Origin: Octopus vulgaris
Taxonomy: Eukaryota
NCBI GenBank assembly: GCA_951406725.2
Contig: OX597814.1
Location: 55,056,001 to 55,120,000 of the forward strand
Direction: 5' to 3'
DNA length: 64,000 bases
Shown: positions 1-14,123 of the stretch, one piece after another
Layout of the letters: the number at the start of each line of letters is the position of its first letter
Position numbering within the stretch: the first letter of the stretch is position 1
Notes under the pieces: model-generated
The model's database searches: none
Seen by the model: only the letters and a program-made list of their open reading frames with translations
Told to the model about the DNA's origin: nothing
Position numbers and translations under genes: made by a program

Positions 1-283
1 TTGTTATTCAGCCGAGCGACTTTTCACAACAACAATGATTGTTTATTCACTGTTTTCCTACATCGGTATCGACAAATTTCGCCCAGGGAAGCAGAAATGC
101 ATCTAGCTTTCTAGCAGCTGGACGATTTTTTCTGCCTCCAATATATAGTGTGTTTTTAAGCAGAATACATTCAGAAGAGATATTATCTGAGGATGAATAC
201 TACTGTAAAATTGCCTTTCATGATTTATTTACATTAAGTATGAAACGCAGATGGCTATTTTAATCTAATACTGCATCTGCTGA

Positions 284-285
<2 letters not shown>

Positions 286-368
<83 letters not shown>
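286..368. repeat. (TA)n microsatellite
   Basis: Direct reading of a long TA run. Confidence 0.95.
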
Positions 369-370
<2 letters not shown>

Positions 371-928
371 AAAACAAAAGAATATAGATGTATTCATGAT
401 TTAATCAGCTTATGTACGTTTCAAAATGCCTCAAAATGCTAGAATGCATCAGTTGTACATATTTAATCAAACCCATATTTGATTGATCAGAGTCCTATAG
501 GGAGAGAGGAAATCAATACCATCCTATTCTTATCAAAGTTATATCATCCTTCCCCCACTTATATTGTTGAACATGTTAAGTGAGTTAGAAGTAAATTTGG
601 GTCAGTTAATCCGTACACTTATATTTGAACATTTCCCCGGAGTAAGGAGTAGGGAAGTATTCATTATAAACCTACACAGGATTCTTATTTATCAAAACAC
701 GATAGAATTGTAATTTAAAACGTGCTGTATCCAACCACAGCAGGCAGCTAAATGAATACAAATAGCAGCACATAGTGCCGCTCAGACTCATATTTTAACT
801 GACCGGTTCATATACAAAGAGATGGTAGTGTATGTTGAAAGAAATCTATTTAGTAGATATACTATTCTGGTCACGGTAGAATTATAATCTGGTTAATAAT
901 ATCTCTCAATATATATATACATAAATTG

Positions 929-1120
929 AGGCGGCGCACTAGTAGAATAGTTCAAATTCTGAACTATTCAAATTCTGAGTTCAAATTCTACCGAAGCTGA
1001 CTTTGCCTTTAATCTTTCCTTGAGCGATAAAAATAAGTACCAGTTGAGCATTGGGGTAGATTTAATTGACTTGGCTCCTTTCCTCAAACTGCTGGCCTAG
1101 TGTCAAAATTTGAAACCAAT
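929..1120 (+). mobile_element. tRNA-derived SINE, family B (degenerate)
   Basis: AGGCGGCG head, GAGTTCAAATTC B-box-like motif, GACTTTGCCTTT..CGATAAAATAAGTACCAGTT body shared with copies at 14327, 35707 and 60865. Confidence 0.75.
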
Positions 1121-1199
1121 ATATGCACATAAACTGAAGACAAGCTAAATTAATGAGAATTCTACAGAATAAAAATGTGGAAATATGGTATTCACAAAT

Positions 1200-2916
1200 T
1201 AGATATTTTTAAAAATATTTACTTCCGGTTTTCTTGCGTCATTGACGTCTATATCTCCCTATTTATATCTCTCTAGCCATCTCTCTCTATCTCTCTATAT
1301 CTCTCTATCCATCTCTATCTGTATATCTGTCTATCTCTCTGTATCTATCTGTTTATAGCTTATCAATCTATATATATTTTAGTTGTCTAACTAACTAGCT
1401 CTCTCTCCCTCTCTCTGTATCTCACTCTCTCTCTCTCTGTATCTCACTCTCTCTCTATTGTTTTCACTTTTATTTTTCAGACGCTATTGTTTTCACTTTC
1501 AGTTCAATCGCAATTGCTTTCACTGTAAGTTTTCAATCGCAATTTACAAACAACAACGATAAATCGCTGACAGAAAGAAGTTCACAATTACTGATGAAAG
1601 TAATTTCATACATAATTTACGGACAGAAGTAACGTCATAAATTTCACTTCAATCTGTACACTTCGTTACATTTGACTACAATTTTCTTATTTACTTTTGC
1701 AACGTTTTATGTCTTTTTGTTGCTGACGGAATTGCTGAAAAAAAGTAAGTCCTTAATTTACTGATAGAAATAACTTCAAAAATTTCACTTATATCCATAC
1801 ACTTAGTTAATTTCCCTAAAAATTTCTTATTTACTTTTACAACGGTTTTGTGTTTTTTTTGTTGTTAACGGCTTGGTTCACTAAGTGACAAATTTCGCTT
1901 CAACCCACACAATTCATTTTCCGTAAAAATTTCTTATTTACTTTCTGCCCGCCCTATTAAGAAATATAATTTCCGTTGCCCAGTTATTGTCATTGCTTAC
2001 TATCATCTGCACCCGTGTGTTTCTGTAAACGTATATAACCATGCCTAGAAGGAAAGTGTCAAATTTGTCTACAATGTCATGGTCAACCAAGAGAAAGAGA
2101 GACAGCTGCGTACAAAAAAAACGAACAGACTGTGCACTACGAAAGCCAGAGCATCTCAGAGTAATGAACAGAGGTATGCACTGTTGACAAGGAATAGGAT
2201 CTCCACTGCAGAACGAGGGGCAGTTGCAATAGCTCAGAGAAGCAACTTCTATGAAGCAGCTTTCAATTATGATCCAGCAGTTCATTATGTAGATGACACT
2301 AGAGATTGCATTGGTGCAATGACAACTGAGTGCATACATTGTAAAGCAAGGATGTGGCCTAGAGGGACACCACTTGCACTATGCTGCAGTGGTGAAAAGG
2401 TTAAATTTCCTGCAATCTCCCAACCTCCAGAGCCATTGAAGAAACTGTTGTCATCAGCTGACCAAGATTCCAAGCACTTCCAAAACAAAATTAAACAATA
2501 CAACGCTGCACTACAGATGACATCATTTAGAGCCACAAAAGATTTAACTGAGCCAGGATTCATGCAAACTTTCAAGATCCAAGATCAGATTTATCATCGG
2601 ATTGGCTCTCTACTACCTCTATCAAATGAATCACCAAAATCGGCCTTTCATTATATATAATCTGTATATATTTTTTGGTTACGAAATAAACTACGCAAAA
2701 CTTGCTTTTGAATTACGTGTATTTACTTTATATGCATACATGAGTTGAAAACTTTCTTTTAACATTTCACTTAACGTCTAGGCGGCATGGGTTGGATAGT
2801 TATTAATGCAGAAAGTTGGTAGCACAGCTACTAACAGTTGAGACCTGAGTAATCCAGACGACGATTGTAAATTTCATTATTCTCTTTAACCCGGGCAACG
2901 CCGGATATTTCTGCTA

Positions 2917-2917
<1 letters not shown>
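1200..2917 (+). mobile_element. Internally deleted Helitron (5' boundary approximate)
   Basis: 3' hairpin CCGGGCAACGCCGG followed by terminal CTAG (2914-2917) then T; contains a RepHel N-terminal fragment; subterminal direct repeats at 1570-1940. Confidence 0.75.
2041..2660 (+). pseudogene. Helitron Rep/Helicase N-terminal fragment (frameshifted, truncated)
   Basis: Motifs IGAMxxxCxHCKARMW, CCSGEKV, IKQYNAALQMTSF and TFKIQDQIYHRIGSLLP are typical of the Helitron RepHel N-terminus; MPRRK start at 2041 is in another frame. Confidence 0.85.
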
Positions 2918-2979
<62 letters not shown>

Positions 2980-2982
<3 letters not shown>

Positions 2983-3112
2983 GACGGGCTTCTTTCAGTT
3001 TCCGTCTACGAAATCTACTCACAAGGTTTTGGTCGGCCCGAGGCTATAGTAGAAGACACTTACCCAAGATGCCACGCAGTGGGATTGAACCCGGAATCAT
3101 GTGGTTTGGAAG
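2980..3112 (-). mobile_element. tRNA-derived SINE, family A
   Basis: Reverse complement of CCACATG.TTCCGGGTTCA.TCCCACTGCGTGGCA.CTTGGG.AAGTGTCTTCTACTATAGCC, a repeat seen more than 10 times in the window. Confidence 0.85.
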
Positions 3113-3717
3113 TAAAAGTATGTAGATACAAGATGATCATTGCTAATCTGGTATCACTGGGACCTGATGAAACCGGATAAATGATTTTGCCGAGTTACAG
3201 TGTTTAAATTAGAATACGTTTCATCCAACAGCTAACCACTACATCCTGTCTTTAAAATGCTCCCCCATAAATCAGTAAAAATTAGTTTATATTGGGACAA
3301 TAATCCCTGAATCAAAATTAATGAATTGTTGATGATTTGCATTAAAGAGTTCATGACTGATGACGAGCTGGAATTTTCAACTTTATATATCTTGAAATGA
3401 AGTTTTTACCGGATTGTTTTTTTTTTTTCTTTTCCTGAGATGAAGAACTGTAATGATTCTTATACTTTTTATTTAGAACGTGCCTAAGGTATCAGAAACT
3501 GGTGACATTGGCAGCATACTTAAATGAGCAGATGTAGAAGACATTTAATTTTCAAGTTATAGTGATAACTACTCTATTCCATACTTTTTATCTATTTTTT
3601 TAACATCTTGCAAATTGACGTGTTACATATGTTTTAGTCTTTCTGTGATTAGTGTATCCTTTAGCATATAAACGTCCATTATTTCTTTTTCACTTATAGA
3701 ATTTCGTTGCTCTAGAC

Positions 3718-4058
3718 CAGTTGTCCTCAACCGGGATCCATATGACCCCTGGTGGTCCATATAGGTTGTTTTTGGAGGGGGCATGCTAGTAAAATAGTAA
3801 ACTGGGGCTCCGTGATAGCATTTTGAAAATCCATGAAACTTTTGTTCTAACTGTATTTATTGCAAGAAACAGCCAGTTTTCCTTCTCTAAAGTTTTACGT
3901 AGTTCAAACTTCACAAGAGAATGTATGAAAAACAAAAAAGGAATGTTGAAAGAAGTATGTATAAAACTAATTTTTAAACATCGAAAGACTATGGGGGTCC
4001 ACCAGAATAAAATAGTAATCAAAGGGGTTCATAGACAAAATATAGCTGAGAAATACTG
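3718..4058. mobile_element. hAT (Charlie-like) MITE
   Basis: Imperfect TIRs CAGTTGTCCTCAACC / GCTGAGAAATACTG and an 8-bp TSD CTCTAGAC (3710-3717) / CTCTAGGC (4059-4066). Confidence 0.8.
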
Positions 4059-7000
4059 CTCTAGGCCTTTTAACAGTTCAGCTATCAACCGAAGTAGTCT
4101 ATCATTAGAGGCTCTTTCTGCTACATTTTTCTTTGTCACTGTAGGCTTACAATTATCTGAAAATTTTCAAGTCAGTACAATGATGAACAATAGCTGCATC
4201 TTCATCTGTATTTATCAATTAGCCAACGGTGTCTTCATTCATACTCAATGCAAGATCCTTTGCAACAGTATTAGTTAAATAATGAGCATAAAAAAGCAGA
4301 TCATGCTATATACTGAATTTCCTTCGAGGCCCTATATCCTGTAAAATCATCTCCATTGTTTAATGAAGTACAAACTCAAATAGCAATCCTAGCCGCAAAC
4401 TATGCTATTCATTTTTTGGTGTGGATACTTCTAAGCACTAACAACACAGTAAACTATATCTTTTACTTTAAATTCCTGAGAAACTTCCATACTGGTCTGC
4501 TAGAGTTAATTACGTTCAGTAGACACCTCATAAAATGTCTGCGATATTTAGACTTAAAAGAATGTAGTATGCCATTGTCGTGGAATGGGATTAATGATGT
4601 GCAATTAAGTGAGCAGTAAATATCAAGAACATTGTTTTTACTTGGTGTTCTGCTATAGATATGTAGAACTGTTGTCTAAAATAAGCATTATCCCACAGCA
4701 GTGGTCCAGGCCAGATGAGTCACTGAGAACTGTTGTTTGGGGAACAAAATAGTTTTCAAATCAACCAATAAAATTACAGTTGTTATCCAATGTTTTCTCT
4801 TGGCATGATAAATCACAGGCCAGTTTATCATACCTCTAAAAACTCTAGCGCATAAATGTTTTACCAGTAACCAGTAACTTGTACCTGTGGGTAGCTATGG
4901 TATTAGGCCAGGCCAGTACAGTGGCACGACCTTTTGGTGCTGTTTATCTTGTTCTATCCTCAAATATCAGTGTTTCTGTTGCGCACAATTCCAAAACAAT
5001 GCTGTCTCATTTGCATTGTAGACCTGCTCAGGACTTTTAATCTGAACTCACATGGCGATCATGTCAACAAATTTGGCAACTATTTCCTTGTCCGCTGAGC
5101 ATTATTCACCATAAACTGCAGGCACGAAATATTAAACCATATCGATCTTTGAAATGCTGCAGTCAACCATAACTTTAGTCATACTCATAATCTAAAGTAA
5201 AACTTTTATGAATGATTTGGCTTGTTCCTTCACTAGATCTCCAGACAACTCAACATCTTCACTTAAATATACACAAAATCATTTCATCAGAACTTGATCT
5301 TATTCTGAACGTTTTCATTCTTTTTCTTTTACACTACTGTTTGTAAAGAAAAGGAAAAAGAAAAACAACTGAGAGGTTGGATACAATGGTGCTTGGGTGA
5401 GAGGTTGGTACTTAACAATTTAAAGTATAATAATCCCATGAGAATAGTGTGGCTCTGGTCACCGTGTTAGTTTGAATCTCAGCAGTGGACTAGCAGATTT
5501 CATTGTAGTTCGGGTGGTTTCCGATCCCGTAATTTTGGAATGTTCTATTTTTCTGGTATGTGAAGCAATCCCATAAATCATTGTGTTTATTAAGAAGGTA
5601 TCTGTTGTTGGCTAATATAATCTCCAATCTCTCTATAGTACATAACCCAAAGAACATCTACCCGCTTCGGTACGGATCCCACCATCAACAATTCAATCTA
5701 TAGTTAATCATAATATCAATCAAATCATTGAAATATTCTGCTTGTGAATTTGAGAACTTAAGTCTGGGGCTGGACAAAGAGGGCCTATGCATAGGTATCT
5801 TTCATCTTTTACGCTTTACTTGTTTTAGTCATTTGATAGCTGCCATACTTTAGCTATCAAATGGAATAATTGCCCGCGCGCGACGCGCATGTGTGTGTGT
5901 ACATTGGCTCTTTTCTATGGTAGAAGACACTTGCCCAAAGCTTTGTGCTGAGGAATGAACCCAAATCCACGTAGCTGCAAAGTGAAAACATCTTAACCAC
6001 AGCCAGATTGTCACACATTTTCAAACACATCTTTAGGAAATTGCCTCTCAGAATTTTTTTTCATTTAATAGCTGGTCTTATCACATCAGTAACATTTTGC
6101 TTTGAAAACTTTTATATATAAAGCTCATATTAAAGATCATGAGGCTAACTGGAAGGTCTAACCCAATGGCTGAATTCTTGGTTTTGAACATTCTAAGATA
6201 TAGCCGTTTTGTATCATTAAACGTAAATGCTGTCTATATTGAAATTAAAACTGCCATATCAAGTACATGAAGCTTCAATAATTTGAAATATGACTGGCAT
6301 GCGTTACAGAACCCTTTTTAGAGTTCCTTAGACTTTTTCGGCTTGTGTATGGAGAAATATAAAGTAAACAGTATAACTGCCCCTTTTCCATTAAGAATTC
6401 GAAAAATATTCTTCTGCGAAAATTTCTTTTAACAATTCGCCCGTAAGCAGTTTGCTTTTATTACTTTAAAATGTTATTCCACAATAGAGAATAGTAACCC
6501 AGCTCAGCTAGACTGGTTATAAACAGATGGCAAGCTTCAGCGCCATAAGTAAGATTGCTTGATTCTCAACAGCTGATAAACAATGACTCTGATGGGAGAT
6601 AAATAATAGTAAACTAAACTTACTGTTAAAAGTCTTCAAATAGCTGACGACCTAAATATAAATATTATAATGTAGAAGGCGAGTAGTGAGACAAAGTATG
6701 TAGCAGCGAGCTGAGATATATTTCATCTTGAAATAAGCATGTGTAATTCGTAAGTGCCTTCTGTCAGTTGGTGTGTTTTGCTGAGTCGCCAACAACAATT
6801 AGCGATTAGAACTGATGGCATTAACAGATTCTAATGAGAGAGAAAAAATAGTGACTTCGTTTTATAGGTATGTATTATCAGTATGCCTTTCTGTGTCTGT
6901 GTAGGTATATGTAAAGTATAAATAATGTATAAATGCACAAATGGATTTATAAAGGATTAATGCATTTATATGTTGCGTCGTGATGAGAATATGTTTGAAC

Positions 7001-7518
7001 ATTGAGACGAGACACTTATGTGATTTTCTCATCCCTCTTCATTCATACATATAGAGCACTAGAAAAGAGTAGAGGCAGATCTCTTAGTAAAACAAACTGA
7101 ATAAAAAATACTTCTTAGATTATTAAGGACCGTAATGGAGAATAGACAAATTTTTGTTTGATTATTAGTCTTCCCTAAGCCTTAGCATGTTCTATAAATA
7201 AATGCGGTGGAGCACAAGACAGACTGTTAATTATATCAATAGTATTTCCTAACTTCTGAAATATGAGCATCATACCATGTAAAATTTTCTTTATTCTCAC
7301 CGGGAAATGTAATTAGCAAGACACTATTTTTCAAAGTTTATCTTGATCAAGGCCACATTTTTAAAGAGGAAAGCAACTCCGTTCTATCAAAACTTTGAAT
7401 AGTTTTTTCTCCTTTTATAATTGTTATAAAAAGGGACATCACAACTCATAGGACATTTCCAGACCTCACACAAAATTCTAAATTCAGGATAAACATTATA
7501 TATGTGTGTACGTATGAT

Positions 7519-7521
<3 letters not shown>

Positions 7522-7582
<61 letters not shown>

Positions 7583-7615
7583 TGTGTGTGTGTGTCTGTG
7601 TCTGTGTCTGTGTGT
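7522..7615. repeat. (TG)n microsatellite
   Basis: Direct reading. Confidence 0.95.
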
Positions 7616-7794
7616 CAGTGGCGACTCCGGCACTGGGGCTATTCGAGCTTAGCCCGAGTATAAATTGAACGTGTATTTGCAAGCTGATTTAATTTCTGCG
7701 AACACTGGCTTCAAGTATGAAAGTGCAGTCAATAACTCGGGCTCCTTTTATTGAGCTTGGTCGAAGTTCATTTATTTTCATCCAGCGTCTAAAA

Positions 7795-8160
7795 CAGGTG
7801 GCGCTGTGGTAAGAAGTTTGCTTCCCGACTACATGGTTCCAGGTTCTGTCCCACTGTGTGGCACCTTGGGTAAGTGTTTTCTACTATAGCCTCAGGCTGA
7901 CCAAAGCGTTATCAGAAGATTTGGTAGACAGAAATTGGAAGAAGCTCATCGTATATATGTGTGTGTATATGTATTCGTCTTTATTTTTATGTTTGAGGCC
8001 ACCACCGTTTGACAACCTGTGTTGCATTGTTTACGTTCTCAGAACTTTGCAGTAACGTTTAAAAAAAGTGCTGGAATACTGAGGTCACTTTTTTTCGACT
8101 AAACCTTTCAATGCTATGCTTCAGCATGGCCGCAGTCCAATGACTAAAACAAGTTGAAGA
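7795..8160 (+). mobile_element. SINE family A, full length, with an empty (uninterrupted) target site
   Basis: GTGGCGCTGTGGTAAGAAGTTTGCTTCCCGACTACATGG head, central body and CAGCATGGCCGCAGTC..TGACT.AAACAAGT tail. Confidence 0.85.
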
Positions 8161-8667
8161 AAAGATAAGTTAAGCCATTGTAACTTCATAGATTATAATT
8201 GCTCGAAAAGATGAAAAGCGACCCAAATACTGTATTCTTTATCCAAATATGTATCAATTCATTTTTGAATATCTTAATACCTTTCAGTGAGTCAGTGTGG
8301 GAACCTTCACATGCTTATTTAAATCAAAAGAATTGTTTGCCTAACACCCTACAAAACACAACAAATTATCTCATCCTCTAACTGAAATATTTAAGTAAGT
8401 CCTTTGTTCGTCCAATGCCACAGTCAAAGCTACATGAAAGTTACCCCTGAAGTATCGAATCAGTTCCCATATGTATTCGGGTCCTGATAAGAAGCTGCAG
8501 CAGTTTTCTCAGGGCAACACATATCCTTGATTTAATGATTATATGAAAATATTTACTGATATTGTCTGTAGATATTTCGAAATATGAGAATAAGCGATTA
8601 GATTGTTCAAAACTAAAATAAAAGGTTTAAACTTCATTCATGCTGTTAATGAGTCTTACGAGTCATG

Positions 8668-8737
8668 CACACATATATACATTCACACATACATACATAC
8701 ATACATACATACATACATACATACATACATACATACA

Positions 8738-8773
<36 letters not shown>

Positions 8774-8811
8774 TATATATATGTATTTATATACATATGT
8801 GTGTGTGTGTG

Positions 8812-8861
<50 letters not shown>

Positions 8862-8954
8862 AATATATATATATCCGTGTGTGTATGTGTGTTCATATAT
8901 ATACAGATACATATATGCATACATACATACATACATACATATATACATGCATAC

Positions 8955-9021
<67 letters not shown>
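8668..9021. repeat. Compound (CATA)n/(TA)n/(TG)n microsatellite
   Basis: Direct reading; source of the spurious HTYI/YIYI ORFs. Confidence 0.95.
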
Positions 9022-9022
<1 letters not shown>

Positions 9023-9282
9023 GGAACAACCACTCTTTGATGCGGCGATTGACTTTACTTGTTAGTATAGTTACTACACTGATCTCTTCTTGAAATTTTG
9101 CAACTAATTATTTTGCTTATATATATATACACATGAGTGAGTGAACAGACGATAGAAAGAACACATTTAGTAAGAGTTATATTATTATTTAAAACAGTAT
9201 GATTCGGGCCACATGCAACTTAGTTTCGTAGGCTCTTCTCGGGAACCAAGCTCGTTGTATGAAGCTGAATCAAAATGGTTAA

Positions 9283-9300
9283 ATAATAATAATAATAATG

Positions 9301-9398
<98 letters not shown>
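9283..9398. repeat. (AAT)n microsatellite
   Basis: Direct reading. Confidence 0.95.
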
Positions 9399-9955
9399 TC
9401 TGTGTGAACATTTACATTTAGTCGTCTCTCATGACTATAAGAATGTGTAAAATTGCCTTTTAAATTACCTTTTATTGTAACAACACAATTAAATGCACGA
9501 TAAAAAGTTATGGAATTAAGCACCTACTACTATATACATACAACTGAATTCAGAAATTTAAAAATATATACATAACATTGAACTCAGAAAGTTATTTAAA
9601 AAAAAGAAAAAAAAATCTTCGACGAAAACATCAGATAATATGTGTGAGTGAATATACATATATATACATATACATATGCATGTGGTGAAGAAGAAAAGAG
9701 AAAGGAAAAAAATAAATAAATAAACGTAAACAGGTTTGACCTTTTACTGACCATTAACGTCCTTTGTCTCCATCTACCGTGGCTATTTATAGACCCAAAG
9801 AACATGAATTCTTTAACCACCCATTCTCCAACACAATGGAGTGTTGATGGTGGCTGTGGCTACACATAAAACAATGTCATTGAAGATGATGATGGTGATG
9901 GTGATGTTGCTGATGATGGTGATGGTGGTGAAGATGATAGTAATAACAATAATAA

Positions 9956-12900
9956 CTGACAGATCCCGTCTTTTTCCCTTTCTTTTCGTTTCCTTCTCCG
10001 TATTTTATTCTCATTATTTCGAACTAATACAGACACAGTAAGCCTTGAAGAAAGGAAGAGGAGGAAAGGAAAAAAAAAAAAAAAAAAAAAATGTCCGGAG
10101 ATAAAACTATCAACAAAAAAAATACAGACGAATATAGATCTGCTAGTCTTAAGAAGCGGCGCTATGAGCAATGCTTACACGTAGTGAACCCTAAACTGAC
10201 AGATCCATCTCCTAATATAAGAATGGATGCTCGTCATGCTTCAAGGTCAACAAATCAAACAATAAACCGCATTGGTCATTGCGCGGATTACAAAAGACCA
10301 CGTACCCGAAAATTGAACCAAATCCTGATTGAAAAATCAGTTACTGGATCAAATCTTCCCAACACACAGGAGCTGGACGAACCCCACAACCGGAATATTC
10401 CAACAGATGGCCATCCATGCTCATCACCAAATAATCAAAAGAAAAAGAAGGAAAAATGGTCTAGGGAAGATAATAAAGAAGTTCTTGAGGCCTTCTACCA
10501 TGCCATATATTTCCCCACAGATAAGTCTAGCACTGTACAAGCATACTTAAACTGGAGACAGAAACACCCTGAAGTAAGACCCTACATAGACAGTAACAAG
10601 CTTGCCAATGTTAGAAGAAACATTATAAAAAAGAAATTACTGACTGAAGTAGAGATTGATCAGGTTAGACAAGCAATATCGGATAAAATGAACGAAGCTG
10701 CAGCTAGAGAAGATAATACAGAGGAAATGATTATAGACCAGCCCAGGGCGGATAAAAACGAAGAGAGGATTGAAAGAGTTAGTATAAGTGATAGGCAAAG
10801 TGAAATACGCCCTGAACCAATCATAAACACTAAGACAGATGAGCATCAAATAGATAAAGAAAGTCACACAAATATTGACCCAACAGAACTACATGAGCTA
10901 AAAAATCAAATCATGATTGAATGGCTGAAAATTAAAGAAACCAGTATGGATGAGCGTGATACACTTCCTAAAATCCGCAACTCTAACCAAAACATGAAAA
11001 TAATTGGTAAAATCCGGCTTGCACTTAAGGATATAATTTCAGTTAATGATGTTGATATCACAAACCTCAACCACCTATACTATGCATCCGCGAAAATCTC
11101 AACGATCCTATGTGGTGTAAAGATTAGAAAACGGCAACAGTCCCACAAAAAGCCTTCTTGGCAAGAGCGTCTGCAACAACAAATTAAAATATTTAGATCT
11201 GACATTGAATATTTGAAAAACCTTAAGGCTCACAAGATTACCAAACCTACAAAAACCCAAAAATTACTGAAAAAATACAATATGAAAACTATACTTGATA
11301 TTGATGCCACCATAGAAACCATCAAACAAAAGGTATCTGCCAAAGCTGCCCGCATAGCGAGGTATGAAAAGCGTGTTAGATTTTTCAAGGACAACAACAT
11401 GTTCAAAAATAACACCAAGAATTTTTACAGGAAGATAGGAAAAACAGCGTTTACTGCAGGGTCTGTACCATCAAAAGAAGAAGTGCAGAGATTTTGGAAT
11501 AAAATCTGGGCAGAAGAAAAAACACACAACGAAAAGGCCCCCTGGATTGACAGAATATCTACAGAACTGGACCCCTTAGAAGAGCAAAAGTGGGAGGGTG
11601 TCAAGGTAGAAGATATAAGATCTGCTCTCAGGAGGTCAAGCAAATGGAAGTCTCCAGGAAAGGATAAAATTCCTAACTTCTGGCTGAATGCCTTCCCAGA
11701 GAGCCATGAACTGCTAACAGAACTGTACAATGATGTTTTGCAACACCCTAGTAGGATGCCTCCTTGGCTAGTTAATGGGTTAACATTCCTGCTTCCAAAA
11801 AGTGAAGAAACAAATGAACCAAAAAACTATAGACCCATAACTTGCTTAACAACTATGTACAAAACACTAACATCTGTCCTGACGGAATATACCTATAGTT
11901 TTTTAACAGACAGCAGCATATTCCCTAATGAACAGAAAGGATGTAAACGTGGATCCTACGGCTGTAAAGACCAACTACTCATCAATAAGATGATCTTAGA
12001 AGATTGTCACAAACGACACAAAAACTTATCAATAGCCTGGATAGACTATAAAAAGGCTTTTGATAGCCTACCACATAGCTGGATTAGGAAATGCCTTGAA
12101 ATGTATAAGATAGCACCAACTCTGCGAAACTTCTTGACTGTAAGTATGAGATCATGGAGAACTACACTAACTCTGAACAGTGACAGTGAATCCCTAAATG
12201 CTGGTGATGTAAAAATTTCGTGTGGCATTTTCCAGGGTGACTCACTGTCACCACTCCTCTTTTGTTTATCCTTAATACCTCTCTCAAAGCTGCTCAATGA
12301 CGCGCAGTACGGGTATAAAATGTTTGATAAAAATATAAATCATCTCGTTTACATGGATGATTTAAAGCTTTTTGCAAAAAATGATCAACAACTCAAGGGC
12401 TTACTAGCGATAGTCAAACAATTCAGTGACGACATCAGAATGCAATTCGGCCTCGAGAAATGTGCAAAGGCTACCTTTATCAAAGGAAAAATGACAGAAA
12501 CATCTAACGTTAACCTTGACCAACAGAATGTCATAAAAGAACTAGACCCAGCGGAGAGCTACAAGTACCTAGGGATAATTGAAGGGAACGGAATAAGGCA
12601 TTCAGAGATGAAGGAAAGGATCAGGAGAGAATGCTATCGAAGAGTGAGAGCAATACTCAAGACAGAGCTGAATGCAAGAAACAGGATCGAAGCAATCAAT
12701 GCATTAGCTATACCAGTCGTGACTTACAGTTTCAATATTGTTAACTGGTCAATTACTGAAATATGTCAGCTCGACAGAAAAATAAGGAAACTGTTGACAA
12801 TGCATAGAATGCACCACCCTAAGGCAGATACAGAACGACTCTATCTGCCAAGAAAAGAGGGAGGCCGTGGTCTTTTGCAACTGGCAATAACAATGAAGAT

Positions 12901-14123
12901 TGCTACAATTGGCCTAGACACCTACCTGAAAAACTCTGAGGACTGGATGCTAAAACTTGTCTCAAAACATGAAAACAAGAAAGCATCATACTCAGTCACA
13001 AAACAGGCAAAGGAATATCTAAGTGAATTCCGAATACAACCAATTTCGGAGATAGATATACAAGAAACAAGCACAGAAAAAGCTAGGCGCATGAAAACCC
13101 GTGCCAAAACTGCGGCCTTAGATATTCTGAATAATAAATGGCAAGAAAAACCTCTCTATGGCAAATACCCAAAGAGAGCGAATAATGCAGATATCGACAA
13201 AGCCCTGACCCATCAATGGCTAATGGCCTCTGGCTTAAAATCAGAAACAGAGGGGTTTATCATAGCAGCTCAAGATCAATGCCTACCAACAAGAAACTAC
13301 CAGGCCAACATATTAAAGATCAGAAGCAGTCCAACGTGTCGTGTATGCAAGCAACAAAATGAAACCATTGACCATGTGGTCTCCAAGTGCAGTCTTCTAG
13401 CGCCTACAGAGTATCTCAACAGGCACGATAGAGCTGCACAATATATTCACTGGGTAATCTGTAAAAACCTGGATTTGCCCCATGAAAAAAGCTGGTGGGA
13501 ACACAAACCACCCCCAGTGCTTGAAAATGACCACATCTCACTCCTCTGGAACTTCACCATTCAAACTGACAGGAAGATAGATGCAAATAGGCCAGACATC
13601 ATATTGAAAAACTTCAAACAAAGAACATGCCTCCTCATTGATATGACTGTCCCAATCGATATAAACGTATCTGTCAAGACCTACCAAAAACTGAGCAAAT
13701 ATAAAGATCTTGAAATAGAAATCAGCAAAATGTGGAAGCTGAAGACTAAAACAATACCTGTTGTCATAGGTGCCCTGGGAATGATAGCAAAAGGGGCTGA
13801 TAGCTACCTAACTCAGATACCAGGAAACCCAAAAATGGCAGAAGTTCAAAAGATAGTGCTCATGGGAACTGCTCATATCCTACGCAAAATACTCTCTATG
13901 TAATCTCAAGGTTTAAAACAAACATAATTTTCGGTTTAAAAAAAAAAAAAAAAAAAAAACTTTTTTTTTCTTTTTAGACATTCATTAGTACAACATCCCC
14001 ACCCCCAAATATATGGCACACTAGGCATAACAACAACATGAACTTCCAACCCTGTTGTCTCTTGAGGTCTCTGGGTGAGACTTGGAGCCAACTTGTACAA
14101 ATATAAAGCAAAAGTCAAACATA

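Noticed and set aside
3823-4278. 151-aa ORF
   Set aside because: It overlaps the hAT MITE and its flank, has a non-ATG start and no recognisable motif.
8603-9523. Many ORFs rich in YI/HT/VC/poly-L/poly-N (also at 14, 16, 18, 33, 42, 52, 55 and 63 kb)
   Set aside because: These are stop-free translations of microsatellites, not genes.
9190-9955. Extended 5' UTR of the Dong element, or a separate Dong 3' end before the (AAT)n at 9283
   Set aside because: Cannot be distinguished from flanking DNA without other copies; the nearer TAA-like junction at 9955 was preferred.
10329-13107. Short overlapping and antisense ORFs within the Dong ORF
   Set aside because: Shadow frames of the main coding sequence.
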